64,000 nt of DNA from an uncultured Verrucomicrobiae bacterium (GTDB taxonomy: Bacteria; Verrucomicrobiota; Verrucomicrobiia; Methylacidiphilales; UBA1321): NCBI GenBank assembly GCA_963812985.1, contig CAWEXI010000002.1, positions 90,880 through 154,879 on the forward strand. The letters run 5' to 3'. A program made the position numbers and the translations under genes. The notes under the pieces were generated by a model. The model was not told the DNA's origin, searched no databases, and saw only the letters and a program-made list of their open reading frames with translations. Within the stretch, counting starts at the first letter, position 1; every line of letters begins with the position of its first letter. Below, in pieces: positions 20,937 to 33,626 of this stretch.

Positions 20937-23165
20937 TTATGGAAGAACACTAAATTCATCCACAACGCGGGCGGCGCGGGTGCCGCTGAGAATCGCGCCT
21001 TCAATCGTCGCGGGCAGCCCGGTATTCGTCCAATCGCCGGCCAGCCAGAAATTGGACCACTCGGTCGTCGCGTCGGGACGCAGCGGCTCGGTTTCGGGCG
21101 TGGCGGCAAAAGTCGCGCTGCGCGCCTTGTAGACCATGCGATGGAGCACACGCACGCCGACGGCTTCGGGCAGAAAACGGCGCAGTTCGCGCAGCGTCAG
21201 TTCCTCCAGTTCCGCGCCGGTTTTGTCGACCAGATCGCGCGCGCCGCTGACCACGGCGGTGATGACATGGCCCTCCTGACCGGCGGGATTGGGCCCTGGA
21301 TGTGATCGCGGCTGAAGACCCAATGCACCGGCGAATCGAGCAGGCCGACGAACGGCTCGCGCAGAATCGGGCGGTCGAGCCAGAGATGCAGGCTGACAAT
21401 CGGCGCGTCCTGGATCTGCCGCGCAGGCCTGCGCCAGCTTGCTTTCGCCGGGCAAGCAGGCCGCGCAGGACGTGCCACGGCAGCGCGCTGACCACCGCCT
21501 CCGGTTGGAGCGCGGAGCCGTCGCCCAGCTTGATCTCGCGCAACGTCGTGCCTTCGAAGCGCAGAGCCGGTGACGGGCGTTTGCAGGCGCAGCGTGCCGC
21601 GGCACATTTCGAGCAGCTTCTTCACCTCCGGCGCGAAGAGTTCGCTCAGGCCCACGCGGCTCAGCAGAATCGACGAATCGGCCGCACCGGCCAGAAAGGA
21701 GCGGCGGATGACCGTGGCGAAAAGCTGCGCCGAGCCCGTTGCGACCGGTTCGTTGAGCGCGGCGATGCAGAGCGGTTCCCACAACGCGCGGATGATATTG
21801 GGCGTCTGCTCCCAGCGCCGCATCCAGCCCTCGACCGTTTCGTTTGCGTGCGGCTGCTGGCCCAGGCGCAGGCGCAGCGCGAGCTTGATCGCGGCCAATT
21901 TGTCCGCGCGCGGAAAGCTCGCCGTAACCGAGCAGCGCGGAAAGCAGATGCAGCGGGTCGGGCGCGGTCGCGGCCATCAGGCTTCGGCCTTTTTCGCTGA
22001 CAAACGGCACCTCCAAGCGCGGCGGCGAATAGAGGCGGTCCATCACGCCGAGCTGCACGCAAAAGGCGCAAGCGTTTCGTGATAGCAGCCCATGAGAATA
22101 TGCTGGCCGTTGTCGAGCACGAGGCCGCTCTTGGTATCGACAAAACTGTGGGCGCGTCCGCCCAGCAGCGCGCGGCCTTCGATCAGCGTCACGTCATGCC
22201 CGCGCAAGGATCAGTTCGGCGGCGGCGGCGAGCCCGGCATAACCCGCGCCGAGCACGACGACTTTCTTCGGCGCGGGCGGGCGGGCCGGCGCGCGTTTCT
22301 CGCGGGCCTTGGCGCGGAAAATCAGGCGCGCCTTGGTGAACCGGCTCAGCTTCACCGGCGACGGTCATGACGTCGAAATTCGCGGCGCTCGATTTTGTTG
22401 AGCAGCTCTTCGTAAACCTCGCGCATGATCTCGGCGGCGAGCAAGCTTGGGCCGGTCGCTCGGCACCATGAGCCGGTGCGCCTTGGCGAAGTAATGGCGC
22501 GCGCGATGATGCTGGAAGCGGAATAGCTGCCGCATCTTTTCGTTGAAGCGGCCCTCCATGATGTCGGCCTCGGTCACGCCGAACGCGGCCAGTTCATCGA
22601 GCGGCAGATAGATGCGGCCGAACGAGGCGTCCTTCTTCACGTCGCGCAGAATGTTCGTGAGCTGGAACGCCATGCCGAGCGCCACGGCGTAGTCGCGCGT
22701 CTGCGGATGGCGGCAGCCGAAAATGTCGATGCTGACCAGGCCCACCGCGCTGGCGACGCGATAGCAATATTGCTCCAGCAGCGCGAAATTCGGATAGCGC
22801 AGGATGGACATGTCCATCTCCATGCCGTTGAGGATTTCCTCCAGCGGCGTGGGCGCGATCAGGTAGGTGCGGATGATCTGCGCCATCTCGCGGCCCAGCG
22901 GCGTGAGCGGCGCGTCCATGTAAGCGCGGTGGATTTCCTTGCGCCACTCGCCGAGCTGGCGCTGCTTTTCCTCGATGGGCAACTCGGTCGAGTCGGCCAC
23001 GTCATCGACCACGCGGCAGAAGGCGTAGAAGATCGACATGGCGCGCCGCTCCGCCTCGGGCAGCGAGGCGAAGGAGAGCGCGAGGTTCGACTTGGCCGAC
23101 TGGGTGATGGCCTCGCTTCCCGGCAGGTCGGGCATCGTTTCCGTTCGCGGCGTCATGTCGCTCAT
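20937..23165 (-). CDS. hpnD: HpnD-HpnE fusion (presqualene diphosphate synthase + hydroxysqualene dehydroxylase), multiple indels
   Basis: SNLALSF, YAFCRVVDDVAD, YCYRVASAVG, FQLTNILRDV; continues in frame into VVVLGAGYAG, DNGQH and LAGDWTNTGLPATIEGA. Confidence 0.85.
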
Positions 23166-24092
23166 GAAATCAGGGCCTTGAGAAAAAGCAGCCGCCATGT
23201 CGGCCTTGCCGACCTTCGGGCGATGGTTGAGCGTGTCGTAATTCAGCGCCTCGATCTTGCGCAGGATGGTCGTCCCGCCCAGCCAGGTCAGCCGGATTTC
23301 AAGCCGCAGCAGGCCGCGCAGTTTTTTCGTCAGCGGCGCGCCCTGATCGAAAATTTCCTGCGTGCGGGCGACCTGAAACGCGAGCAGCTTGCGATAGTTG
23401 TCGTCCGCGCAGCCGGGCGAAAAGCGACGTCCTCGGTCACGCCAAATCTTTCGCGATCGTCCTCCGGCAGATAGATGCGGTCTTTTTCCAGATCGACGCC
23501 GACATCCTGCCAGAAATTCGCCAGCTGCAGTCCGGTGCAAATGTGATCGGCCAGAAGATGCAATTCCTCCTCGCGCTTGCCGTGCAGCAGCAGGACGAGC
23601 CGGCCGACCGGATTGGCGCTGCGGCGGCAATAGTCGAGCACCTCAGGGAAATTCGCGTAGCGGCGTTTGACCACGTCCTGCTTGAAAGCGGAGAGCAGAT
23701 CGGTGAAGAGACTGAGCGGCAGATCGAGCTCGCGGATGGTCTCGTGCAGCGCGATGAAAATGAAATGCAGTCCCGGCGTACCGGCGAGGCGAGCAGAGCT
23801 GCCGCTCCCAGTCGTCGAGCGCGGCCAGACGCTCCTCGGGCGTCATCACATCGCGCGCGCCCTGTGCGCCTTGGCGCTGCCGGCGTAGCCTTCGTCGGCG
23901 AGGTCGTCGGCATAGCGCGCGAAGGCGTAGACGGCATGGACATGGGGCTGCATTTCGCGCGGCACGAGCCGGCCCACGGGAAAATTCTCGTAATGCGCGC
24001 GCGCCAGCTTGGTGCAGGCCTCGTAGGCATCGGCGATGGCTTTTGCATTCGGGAATGCTTTTCGGCTCGTCCATGATGGTTTCGACAGGCAT
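23162..24092 (-). CDS. hpnC: Hydroxysqualene synthase HpnC (indels)
   Basis: HYENFPVG, YAFARYADDLADEG, YCRRSANPVGRL, LQLANFWQD, RIYLP. Confidence 0.9.
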
Positions 24093-24105
24093 ACCAGATC
24101 ATCAC

Positions 24106-25022
24106 ATGAAAAGCCCCCTCCTTTTCCAGAACCAACCTGTGTCGCAAATCGCGGACGGCCAAAATAAGGTCCTGGTCTCGCCCGAGCACGGCGCGCGCAT
24201 TCTGCGCTGGGAGACGGGACGGGCCGCGAGATCATCACCTGGCCGGAGAACGCCGATTGGAGCAAAATCCTGAAGGTGCGCGGCGGCAATCCGATTCTTT
24301 TTCCGTTCATCGCGCGCCATTTCGTCGACGGCAAAAACGAATTGTGGCGCGATGCGAAGCGGCATTGTCCGGCCCATGCCGCAGCATGGCTTCGCCCGCG
24401 ACGCCAAATTTGCCGTGATCGATGGCGGGCCGGAAAATTTCGCTGCGCATGCGGCTTGACCGATTCGGAGGAAACGCGCGTCATTCTATCCGTTTGCGCT
24501 TTCAATTCGATATGGTGGTGAGCCTGCTGCCGGCGTCGCGGCTTGAAATCCGCTTCGAGACGACCAACACCGGCGACGATCCCCTGCCCTATTATGCGGG
24601 CCATCATTTTTACTTCGCGCTGCCACATCAGGAGCGGGCCGACTGGACGCTGCATCTTCCCTGCGAGGCGTGGGGACGGCAATCGTCCAGCGGGGCGATC
24701 TTCCACGAAAAGCCGACCGAGGATGCGCTGGAGTTCGATGATCCCGAACTCGATCGATCGCTTCCAAATCCGCCCCAAAGATTCCAAGATTACCCTCCAC
24801 AACAAAATAACCGGAAAGCAGCTTGTCTTTGAATTGGAGCACGCCGGGTCGGTTCCGTGGTATGCGGTCACGACGTGGACACAAGCAGCCGATTCCGATT
24901 TCTACTGCATCGAGCCGTGGCTCGGCTTGCCCAACGCGATTCATCACGGCGAAGGCCTGCGCTGGCTCGCTCCGGGCGCGAAGGAAGTCGCGACTCTGGT
25001 CCTGGATGGCAGCGGTTGGTGA
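24106..25022 (+). CDS. Aldose 1-epimerase (mutarotase) family (indels)
   Basis: RGGNPILFPF, HG motif, AGHHFYF, FYCIEPW. Confidence 0.85.
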
Positions 25023-25104
25023 CACCACGGCACTTGCGGCTTGACTCAGACGATTGATCCAGTTTGTAGGAGGCGCTTCGGTTTTTGCCAGCGCCGCTTA
25101 AACG

Positions 25105-27561
25105 ATGACGAAACCCCGACGTGTCATAACGATTCACCTTCCCCACCGGGAACCGGCTGTTCCGGCGGTCCTGCGTTTTTTTGCTGGCAGCGATATGCCT
25201 GTGCGGAGGCCTGTCGGCTTACCTGCCCAAACCTCCGGCGGCCGAGGTGAAACCGTTTGAGACTTCGGATGTAATCCCAAATGCGCAACTGGCGAGCAAG
25301 GCCCTGAACGAACGCGTGGAAGACCTGCTCAGCCAAGATGACGCTCGAGCAAAAAATCGGGCAACTGACCCAGTACTCCGCCGGGACGATGACCGGTCCT
25401 GGCACCGCGCGCGACGATTACGATGACCTGATCGCGCAGGGCCAGATCGGCTCGCTCTTCAACGTGGTCGGCGCGAAGGTGACCAATCGTCTACCAGCAT
25501 CTCGCGGTGGAAAAAAGCCCGCTCCACATTCCGCTTCTTTTCGGATTACGACATGATCCACGGCGAGCGCACGATTTTTCCCGTGCCGCTGGCGCTGGCC
25601 TCGAGCTTCGATCCCGGAGCTGGTGCGAGCAGGTCTCGCACGTCGCCGCGCGAGGAAGCGGCCGACGACGGCATTCGCTGGGTCTTCTCGCCCATGGTCG
25701 ATATCGCCCGCGACGCGCGCTGGGGCCGCATCACCGAGGGCGCGGGCGAGGACACCTATCTCGGCTCGGTCATGGCGCGCGGCCTATATCCGGGGTTACC
25801 AGGGCGACGATCTGAGCAAGCCCGATGCGGTCGCCGCGTGCGTGAAACATTTCGCCGCCTACGGCGCGCCGAATGCCGGCCGCGAATACAACACCGTCGA
25901 TATGTCGGAGCTGACCCTGCGCCAGGTTTATCTGCCGCCCTATCACGCGGCGATCAATGCGGGCGCGGCCACGGTGATGAGCGCGTTCAATCCGCTCAAC
26001 GGCGTTCCCGCCACGGCCGATCCGTTCACGCTGACGAAAATCCTGCGCGCACGAATGGAACTTCGACGGCTTCGTCGTCAGCGATTTCGGCGCGGTGCGC
26101 GAATTGATCGCTCATGGCGTGGCCAGCCAACGGCGCCGATCGCGGCGCGCAAGGCGATCTCCGCCGGCGTCGACATGGACATGATGAGCGATCTTTATCG
26201 CACGCGCCTGGCCGGACTGGTGAAGTCGGGCGATGCTCCCGGAATCGGTCGTGGACGAGGCCGCGCGGCGCGTCCTGCGCGTCAAATTCGCCCTCGGCCT
26301 TTTCGATCATCCCTACGCCGACGACAACGCGCACGCCCTACGTCGCCACGCCGGAAAAGCGCGCGCTTGGCCCGCAAGGCGGCGGAGGAGACGCTGGTGC
26401 TGCTGAAGAACGGCGCCGAACCCGATTCCTTATGTCGGGAACAGTTCTGCCCCTCGCCAAGAACACGCCGGCCATCGCGCTGATCGGACCGCTGGCCGAT
26501 TCGCCCATCGACATGCTCGGCTCGTGGCCGGCCGCGGGCGAGCCGAAGGATGCGGTGACCTTGCGCGCCGCGCTGCAGGCCCGTTGCGATGCGGCCAAGA
26601 CGAAGCTGCTTTACGCGAAGGGCACCGAAATCCTGACCGATTCCGACGCCGGCTTTGCCGACGCCATCGCCGCCGCGCAGCAGGCCGACGTGGTCGTCCT
26701 GGCGCTGGGCGAATCGGCGCGCGAAGATGACCGGCGAATCGTCCTCGCTCACTCGGCTCGATCTGCCCGGCAACCAGGAGCAGCTGCTGGAGACGATCAC
26801 GCAAGCTCGGCAAGCCGACCGTGCTCGTGCTCTTCGATGGACGGCCGCTGGCGATCAAGTGGGCGGCGACACATGTGCCCGCGATTCTGGAGGCGTGGTA
26901 TCCCGGCATCGAGGCCGGACCGGCGGTGGCCGATATTCTCTTCGGCGACACGAATCCGAGCGGCAAACTGACCGGCGACTTTCCCGCGCGCGGTCGGCCA
27001 GGAACCGCTCTTTTACAATCAGCTGCCCACCGGCCGCCCCGCCGATGACATCGATCTCACGCCATCCGCCCACCGGCGAGGACAAATATTTCTCGCGCTA
27101 CATCGACGAGACCAACGCGCCGCTTTATCCCTTTCGGCTTCGGGCTTTCCTACACCACGTTCACCTACTCGAACCTGAAGCTAAGCCAGGACGAGCATTT
27201 CCTCCGACGCCTTGACGCACCCGAAGACCGGCGCATTTCTTTTCGCCGCCCGAGCGACATCCACGTCACGGCGGAGGTGAAGAATACCGGCGCGGTGGCG
27301 GGCACGGAAGTCGCGCAGCTCTACATCCGCAACACCGGCGGCAGCGTCGAGGAACCGGTGCGCGAGCTGAAGGGCTTTCAGCGCGTCACGCTCAAGCCGG
27401 GCGAGTCGCAGGCAGCTCGAGTTCACCCTCGGCTTCGACGAGCTCTCCTACTACAACCTCGAGATGGACCCGGGTCATCGAGCCGACCGAGTACCAGGTC
27501 TGGGTCGGCGGAAGTTCCGAGGCCGACTCAGGGCGCGCAATTCGAGGTGACCGAAAAATAG
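25105..27561 (+). CDS. bglX: Exported GH3 beta-glucosidase (BglX-like; many indels)
   Basis: [64 protein letters not shown]. Confidence 0.88.
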
Positions 27562-27607
27562 GATATCGTGCACCCGGCTCCAGCATCGGCCCTTGAACGA
27601 TTTCTCC

Positions 27608-29373
27608 ATGCGACTTCACCTCACCCTCGCCCTCATCACCGTCGCTCGCGCTGGTCCTCACGCTGCGTTCCGAGAAGCAGGCACCGCTTCACCTTCGCCC
27701 AGGTGGACGAAATCGCGCAGAAGCGCGCGGCAGCGAAATACGTCCCCCTGCCCGATGTCCTGCCGCCGCAGTTGAAGAAACTGACGCCGCAGCAGGACGC
27801 GGCATTTTCTCGAAGGAAACCGCTCGGCTGTGGCGCAAAAAGGCGCTGCCCTTCCAGATCGATTTTTATCCGCAACTCAACAGCAACCCCAGCCCCACAT
27901 CTGCGCCGAAAATCAATTACGTCGATCGCAAGGGAAGTCATCCCTGCCTTATTCGCCGACCTTCTTCAATTTCTTCGACGTCACGGACCAACCCGCCCAC
28001 GCCACTGGTTTTCAATCCGCCGCTGCCGACCGATCTCGGCTACGCCGGCTTTTACGTGCGCTATCCCGACATGGGCATCGGCAGCAATCCGAATTCGCTC
28101 GACGGCTTTTTTTCCGTGCTTGGCAGCAGATTATTTCCGCGCCCTGGCCAAGGACCAGGTCTACGGCCTTTCCGCGCCGGGGCGTCGCGATCAACACCGT
28201 CGGTCGAGGGCAAGACCGGAGGAATTCCCCAATTTCACCGACTGGTGGCTGCATGAACCGACGCCGACGCGACCGAACTGGTGCTCGATGCGCTGCTCGA
28301 CGGCCCGAGCGTCACCGGCGCTTACGAGTTCAAGATCCGGCCCGGCGCGGTGACGTCGGTCGACATCCACGCCACCCTTTATTTTCGGCAGGCGGTCGAC
28401 CGGCTCGGCATCGCGCCTTTTTCCAGCATGTATCTCTACGGCGAGAATGCGAAGAACCACTTCGACGACAATGTTCATCCGGAAATCCACGATTCCGACG
28501 GCGTGCTGCATGAACAACGGCAAGGACGAGTGGATCTGGCGTCCGCTCGGCAGCAGGACACGCAGCTTCAGCTCTACAATTTCGCCGACGAGAATCCCGA
28601 AGGGCTTCGGCCTGATCCAGCGCGACCGCGATTTCCAGCATTACCAGGATCTCGACGATGAACTACAACGTGCGGCCCAGCGCCTGGGTCACGCCGCACG
28701 GCGATTGGGGCAAGGGCGACGTGCAGCTCATCCAACGGCCCAGCAACGATCTCAACACCGACAACGTGGTGCTCTTCTGGCATCCGGACCAGCCAATCAA
28801 GGCGGGCGATCACCTGGACTTCAATTACACCATCGACTTCTACATGAACGATGCGCACGCGACCGCCGCTCGCCTACTGCAAGCAGACGCTGATCAACTC
28901 GCCTGCGCCGCCCCCGCCGCCGCCACCGCTGCCGACAATCCCGGCTCCGGCGAATCCCAAGCTAGCTGCGATAGCACCTATTTCGTCGGCCGCACCGGCG
29001 CCGAATGCCAAGCCTTCGACGCCGATGCCACCGCCAGCCACATTGGCACCGCCCGCGCCTGTAGTGCCCACGGGTCCTCCTGCGCCCTCACCGCCGACCG
29101 GCACGGTGCCAGTCCAATTCCTGGTCGATTTCGCCGGCAACGGCATCGAAAATATTCCGCGCCAATCAGCCGCCCGACCTCGAACTGTCATACTCGCCGC
29201 CGGGCACTTACCTGCGCGAGAAAAGCGTGGAAAAAAACGGCTACGACAATTCGTGGCGCGTCACTTTCACCATCATCCCCTTCAAGCATTTCGTGCCCAC
29301 GGAATTGCACTGCCGCCTGGTCCGCGATAACAAACCGCTCACCGAAACCTGGAGCTACACATGGCATCAATAG
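27608..29373 (+). CDS. opgG: Glucan biosynthesis protein G/D family with Pro-rich insertion (indels)
   Basis: YFRALAKDQVYGLS, EEFP, ALLDGPSVTGAYEF, SSMYLYGE, PEIHDSDG, TDNVVLFW, LTETWSYTW. Confidence 0.88.
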
Positions 29374-29939
29374 GTCAACGTCCAGCGGCCAGGGATCAGC
29401 GAAGCCTGGAACGAGGCCTACGACCGCCTTATTTATTTCCTGAAGACGTTCGCGCTGGGCGATCACGCCCATGTTTCGCAACTGGCGCTGAACCTCCTTC
29501 GCCAGGCGCGAGGAGACTTCATCGCAAGCGATCCGTCGCACGAGCCGACCACGCACGACGATGGATCACGCTCAGAAACAACTCGCCGAATGGCTGGCCG
29601 ACGAATCTGGAGCGAGAAAACAAGCGCGCCCTCGCACATCCTGCCCGCCGGCTACATCGCGCTGCTCCTCAGCCAGGTCTACCGCACCGCGCCCGACTCG
29701 TTTCTGGCCAGTCCGCTGCCCGAGGAACTGCGGCAGGCCTTGCGCGAAACGCTGGTCGTCACCGGTCCCGACCTCAACGTCTCGAGCATGACCCCGCGCC
29801 ATCTCGATTACGGCCCGATGCTGCAATTCGCGCGGCAGACCTGGCATCGCTGGAACGCGCAAGGAATTCGTCATCGCGCTCGCCTTCTGGGCCGGCGTTT
29901 ACACGGTCTTTTACTGGTGGCTGTCTCCAGCTCTTATGA
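29361..29939 (+). CDS. Hypothetical protein between opgG and opgH (possible detached OpgH N-terminal domain)
   Basis: Overlaps both neighbours; EAWNEAYDRLIYFLK, PDLNVSSMTPRHLDYGP, C-terminal TM. Confidence 0.55.
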   Translation: MASIGQRPAARDQRSLERGLRPPYLFPEDVRAGRSRPCFATGAEPPSPGARRLHRKRSVARADHARRWITLRNNSPNGWPTNLERENKRALAHPARRLHRAAPQPGLPHRARLVSGQSAARGTAAGLARNAGRHRSRPQRLEHDPAPSRLRPDAAIRAADLASLERARNSSSRSPSGPAFTRSFTGGCLQLL

Positions 29940-32043
29940 GCACCCTTCCCCTCCTCCTGTCGATCGATTTCGTCGTTCGCCGATCGCGTCTTCATCGGCC
30001 TGTCGATTTTGCTGACTGGCGAGCGGCTTCGTGCTCCTGCTGAACAGCTATTCGGGCCAGGAATTCTTCTGGGAGGACTACGTCTGCATCGGCGTCTTTC
30101 CCGCTGCTCTTCAGCCAGATCGCCGTCGGCTTCGTCCTCGCGCTGTTCGGTTTCTTCGACCGGCTGCGCGGCGGCGATCCGCACCACATCATGCGCGGGC
30201 CCTGGCGCGAAGAAGGAGGAGTCGATTCCCCTCGCCGCCACGGCCATCGTCGTTCCGGTCTACAACGAGGACGTCGGCCGCGTCAGCCAGCGCCATCGCG
30301 AACATGTGGCACAGCCTGGAAAAGACCGGCCAGATCGAGCATTTCGATTTCTACATCTGCAGCGATTCCAACGACGCCGACCACTGGGTCGAGGAGGAAT
30401 GCGCGTGGCTGTCGCTCTGCCAAAAGCTCAACGCCTTCGGGAAAATTTTCTATCGCAAGCGCCGCCACCGCATCAACGGCAAGAGCGGCAACGTGGCCGA
30501 TTTCTGCCGCCGCTGGGGCAAGCGCTACCGCTACATGATCGTGCTCGATGCCGACAGCGTCATGATCGGGCCGACGCTGGTCCGGCTCGTGCGCGCGATG
30601 GAGGCCAATCCCGGAGGCGGGCATCATCCAGACGCAGCCCTACATGGTGCTGGGCACATCGCTCTTCCGGCGCGTGCTGCAATTTTCCAGCCACGTTTAC
30701 GGCGGCCTTTTTTCGCAGGGCTGCAGCATGGCGCAGATGTCGTCCGGCTCCTATTGGGGCCACAACGCCATCATCCGCGTCGCGCCGTTCATCGAGTATT
30801 GCGATCTGCCGCTGCTGCCCGTGCCCGATCCCGGCAAGCGCCACGTCCTGAGCCACGACACCGTCGAGGCCGCGCTGATGCGCCGCGCCGGTTACGGCGT
30901 CTGGATCGCCTACGAGGAGCCGGGCAGTTACGAGGAGGGTCCGCCCAATCTGAGCGACATGCTCACGCGCGACCGCCGCTGGTGCGCGGGCAATCTCCAG
31001 CATTTCTGGTTTCTCTTCGCGCGCGGCATCGAGATGGGCAGCCGCCTGCAAATCTGGATCGGGCTGATGGCCTATCTCTGCTCGCCGCTCTGGCTGATCT
31101 TTCTCGTCGCCGGTTCCTTCGGCGCTTATTTCCGCATGCGCTTCCTGACGCTCTCCGCCGACCCGGAGGATTTGGGCGCGGCGACCTCCTCCGCACGCCT
31201 GGCTCTCTGCTGGCCCTCACCCTGACCCTGCTCTTCCTGCCGCGGCTGCTCGGGCATTCTCACCACGCTGCCCCGCGCGCGGCAATTTGGCGGAGTCTTC
31301 CGTCTGCTCGTCAGCGCGTTGCTGGAAAATCTGCTCTCCTTCTTCCTCGCGCCGGTATTGATGATGTTCCACACGCTCTTCGTGCTATTGACGATCTCGG
31401 GATGGCAAATCAAATGGACACGCAAAATCGGGCCGACAAGGGCCTGAGCATTCACCCATTGCCTCAAACTTTACGGATGGCTGAGCATCCTCGGCTTTGA
31501 TCATCTACCCGATCGCTGCTGATTATCTTGGGACCGCTTCCTTATGGCTGCTGCCGATTCTGGGCGGATGGCTTCTGGCTCCGTTTCTGGCTTGGATCAC
31601 AAGCGGGCGTCGGCTCGGAACGGCATTTCAAGTAAGTGCGGCCTTTTCATCACGCCGGAAGAAACGACGCCTCCGCCGGAACTTCAAGGACTTGGATGGC
31701 GCCGAGCCGAGGATGCTTTGCCGGCAGTCACCTCTTTGGGTGCAGGCGCTGCTGAGCCCCTACGTGCAGGCGGTTCATCTTTCGATGGTGCGGCAGGGAT
31801 CGTCCAGCAACGGTTCAGCCACCCGCGCAGTCTCTGGCCGATCTTCGGGAACGCTTGATCCGCGACGGGGCCCACGTGCTCAATGCCAAGGAAAAATTGC
31901 GTCTGCTCTGGGATGGGGAAACGGTCTTCTGGCTGCACCAGGAACTTTGGTCGCGACCGGGCGCGCAACTGCATCCCAGTTGGATTCCGCTGCAGGCCGA
32001 CTGCGGCAAAAGCCGTCTTTTGTCCGTACCTGATGCGACCTAG
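29936..32043 (+). CDS. opgH: Glucans biosynthesis glucosyltransferase (indels)
   Basis: IVVPVYNED, KSGNVADFCRRWG, VLDADS, YWGHNAIIR, LSHDTVEAALMRRAG, RDRRWCAGNLQH. Confidence 0.92.
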
Positions 32044-32055
32044 ATGCCGCCAAAA

Positions 32056-32326
32056 TTAAGCTGCCGCGGCGGCTCTTGCGGGACCTCTTGGCCGGAGCAG
32101 GCGCGGTCGCCGTGCCGGCGGCGGAAGGGACTTCGATCATCTCGTAACCAAGCTTGCCCTCGGCGACTTCCTTCAGCGCGACATCCATGAACGTCAACTT
32201 CGGGTCAAACGCGACCAGCGGACGAAAGCCCTGTCCAAGCTGGCGGACCCGCTTGGAAATAATGTTGACGAGAACCTGGGGGCTCTGCACGGTTTTGAGG
32301 GCATCTTGAACGAGGGTCTGTTTCAT
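32056..32326 (-). CDS. rpoZ: RNA polymerase omega subunit
   Basis: LVNIISKRVRQLGQG..PLV..VALKEVAEGKL; stop inferred at 32056 assuming one indel. Confidence 0.85.
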
Positions 32327-32598
32327 AAAATAATCACCAAAAAGGTAAAGGCCAAATTTCCGTCAAGCGGAAAAGTTTGAGTCTGCCGGCCTGCGCTGGC
32401 ATAACTCAAGCTTATCTTTCGAAGTTTTTTTAGGCGGTCGCAAATGCCAATCTAATACCAATACGGAAGCGGTTGCTCTTGTCTGAAGGCCGTTCCTACT
32501 TCACACGTCAAAAGCGTAAAATCCCACATGAAGGGCTGGTCATTCTGCCCAGACCACTATATATAGTATCGAGCAAGCCATGAAGCACACTGCCGGTT

Positions 32599-33625
32599 AT
32601 GCCCGACCCCGCCGCCTGGCCGCGCCGAGAGCCGCACCGCAAAGAAAGGTGCCGCCTCAACCTGCAGCGCCGGCCCGACGCCCGAGCCGGAAGAGAATTT
32701 GGAGAGCGAGCAGAAAAGCAAGTTCTGGAGATGGGTCGGTTTGGTGGCGCTGCTTCATCTGGTCGTGATCGGCATCTTTTATTTGGTCTATAGGCTGTGC
32801 CCAGCCCCAAGCCGCCGGAGCAGTTCATCTCGCTGCTGCCGCCGGGCGACATGGTCAAGGGCACGCCGGGCGCGCAGCAGGCGCACAAGCTGGGTCCGAC
32901 CACCGCCGCGCCCGCGGTGCATCATACCTGCGCCGCCTCGGCCGTCCACCGCACCGCATTCAGCCGCCGAAGGCCGGTCACTCCGCCCAAGCCGCCGCCC
33001 ATGAAGCCGCTTCTTAAACCGGACGCGCCTCGCCCAGTTCGCTAGAAAAGCCGGTCACTCCGCCCAAAACCAGCACCGCCCAAGCCGCCGAAGGTCAAAG
33101 TCGACCTCACGCTGGCCGACGGCCCCGCGACACGGCGGACAAACCGAAGCCCAAGGTTCATCCACAAAAAGCCGGTGGTGAAAACCCGACGACTCGCAAG
33201 AGACCACGATGATGCGACTACTTCCGACAGTACCGGTTTGAGCAAGGAACAGATCGCCGCAGAAGCTGGGCGAAAGCATGGATGCCGCCGGAGTCAAGAA
33301 TGCCACCAAGACCGGCACGAGCGGTTCGACCAATGCCCACGCGAATTCGCTTCGCCGATTTCTACGCCGCGATTCGCGACCAGGTCATGAACCAGTGGGA
33401 AAGTCCCAATCTGACCGACGAAACCGCGGTCAATCCGATCGTCCAGATTCATGTCGAGAAGGACGGCCGCGTTCCGCCCGAGAGCGTGCATCTGATCCAG
33501 TCCTCCGGCAATCCACCTACGACGATTCGGCGGTCGCGGCGGCGAAAAGCCTCGGCTATTTGCATGAACCCTTGCCGGATGGCTGTCCACCTGATATTCC
33601 CATCACTTTTAAACTTACCCGCTAA
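32599..33625 (+). CDS. TolA/TonB-like protein (TM, Pro/Lys-rich linker, TonB_C-like tail; indels)
   Basis: WRWVGLVALLHLVVI TM; FYAAIRDQVMNQWESP..VQIHVEKDGRV..SSGNP; upstream of tolB. Confidence 0.75.
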
Positions 33626-33626
33626 C

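Noticed and set aside
32370-32420. Hairpin TTGAGT..ACTCAA between rpoZ and tolA
   Set aside because: Lies in a divergent promoter region with no recognisable ncRNA or terminator context.
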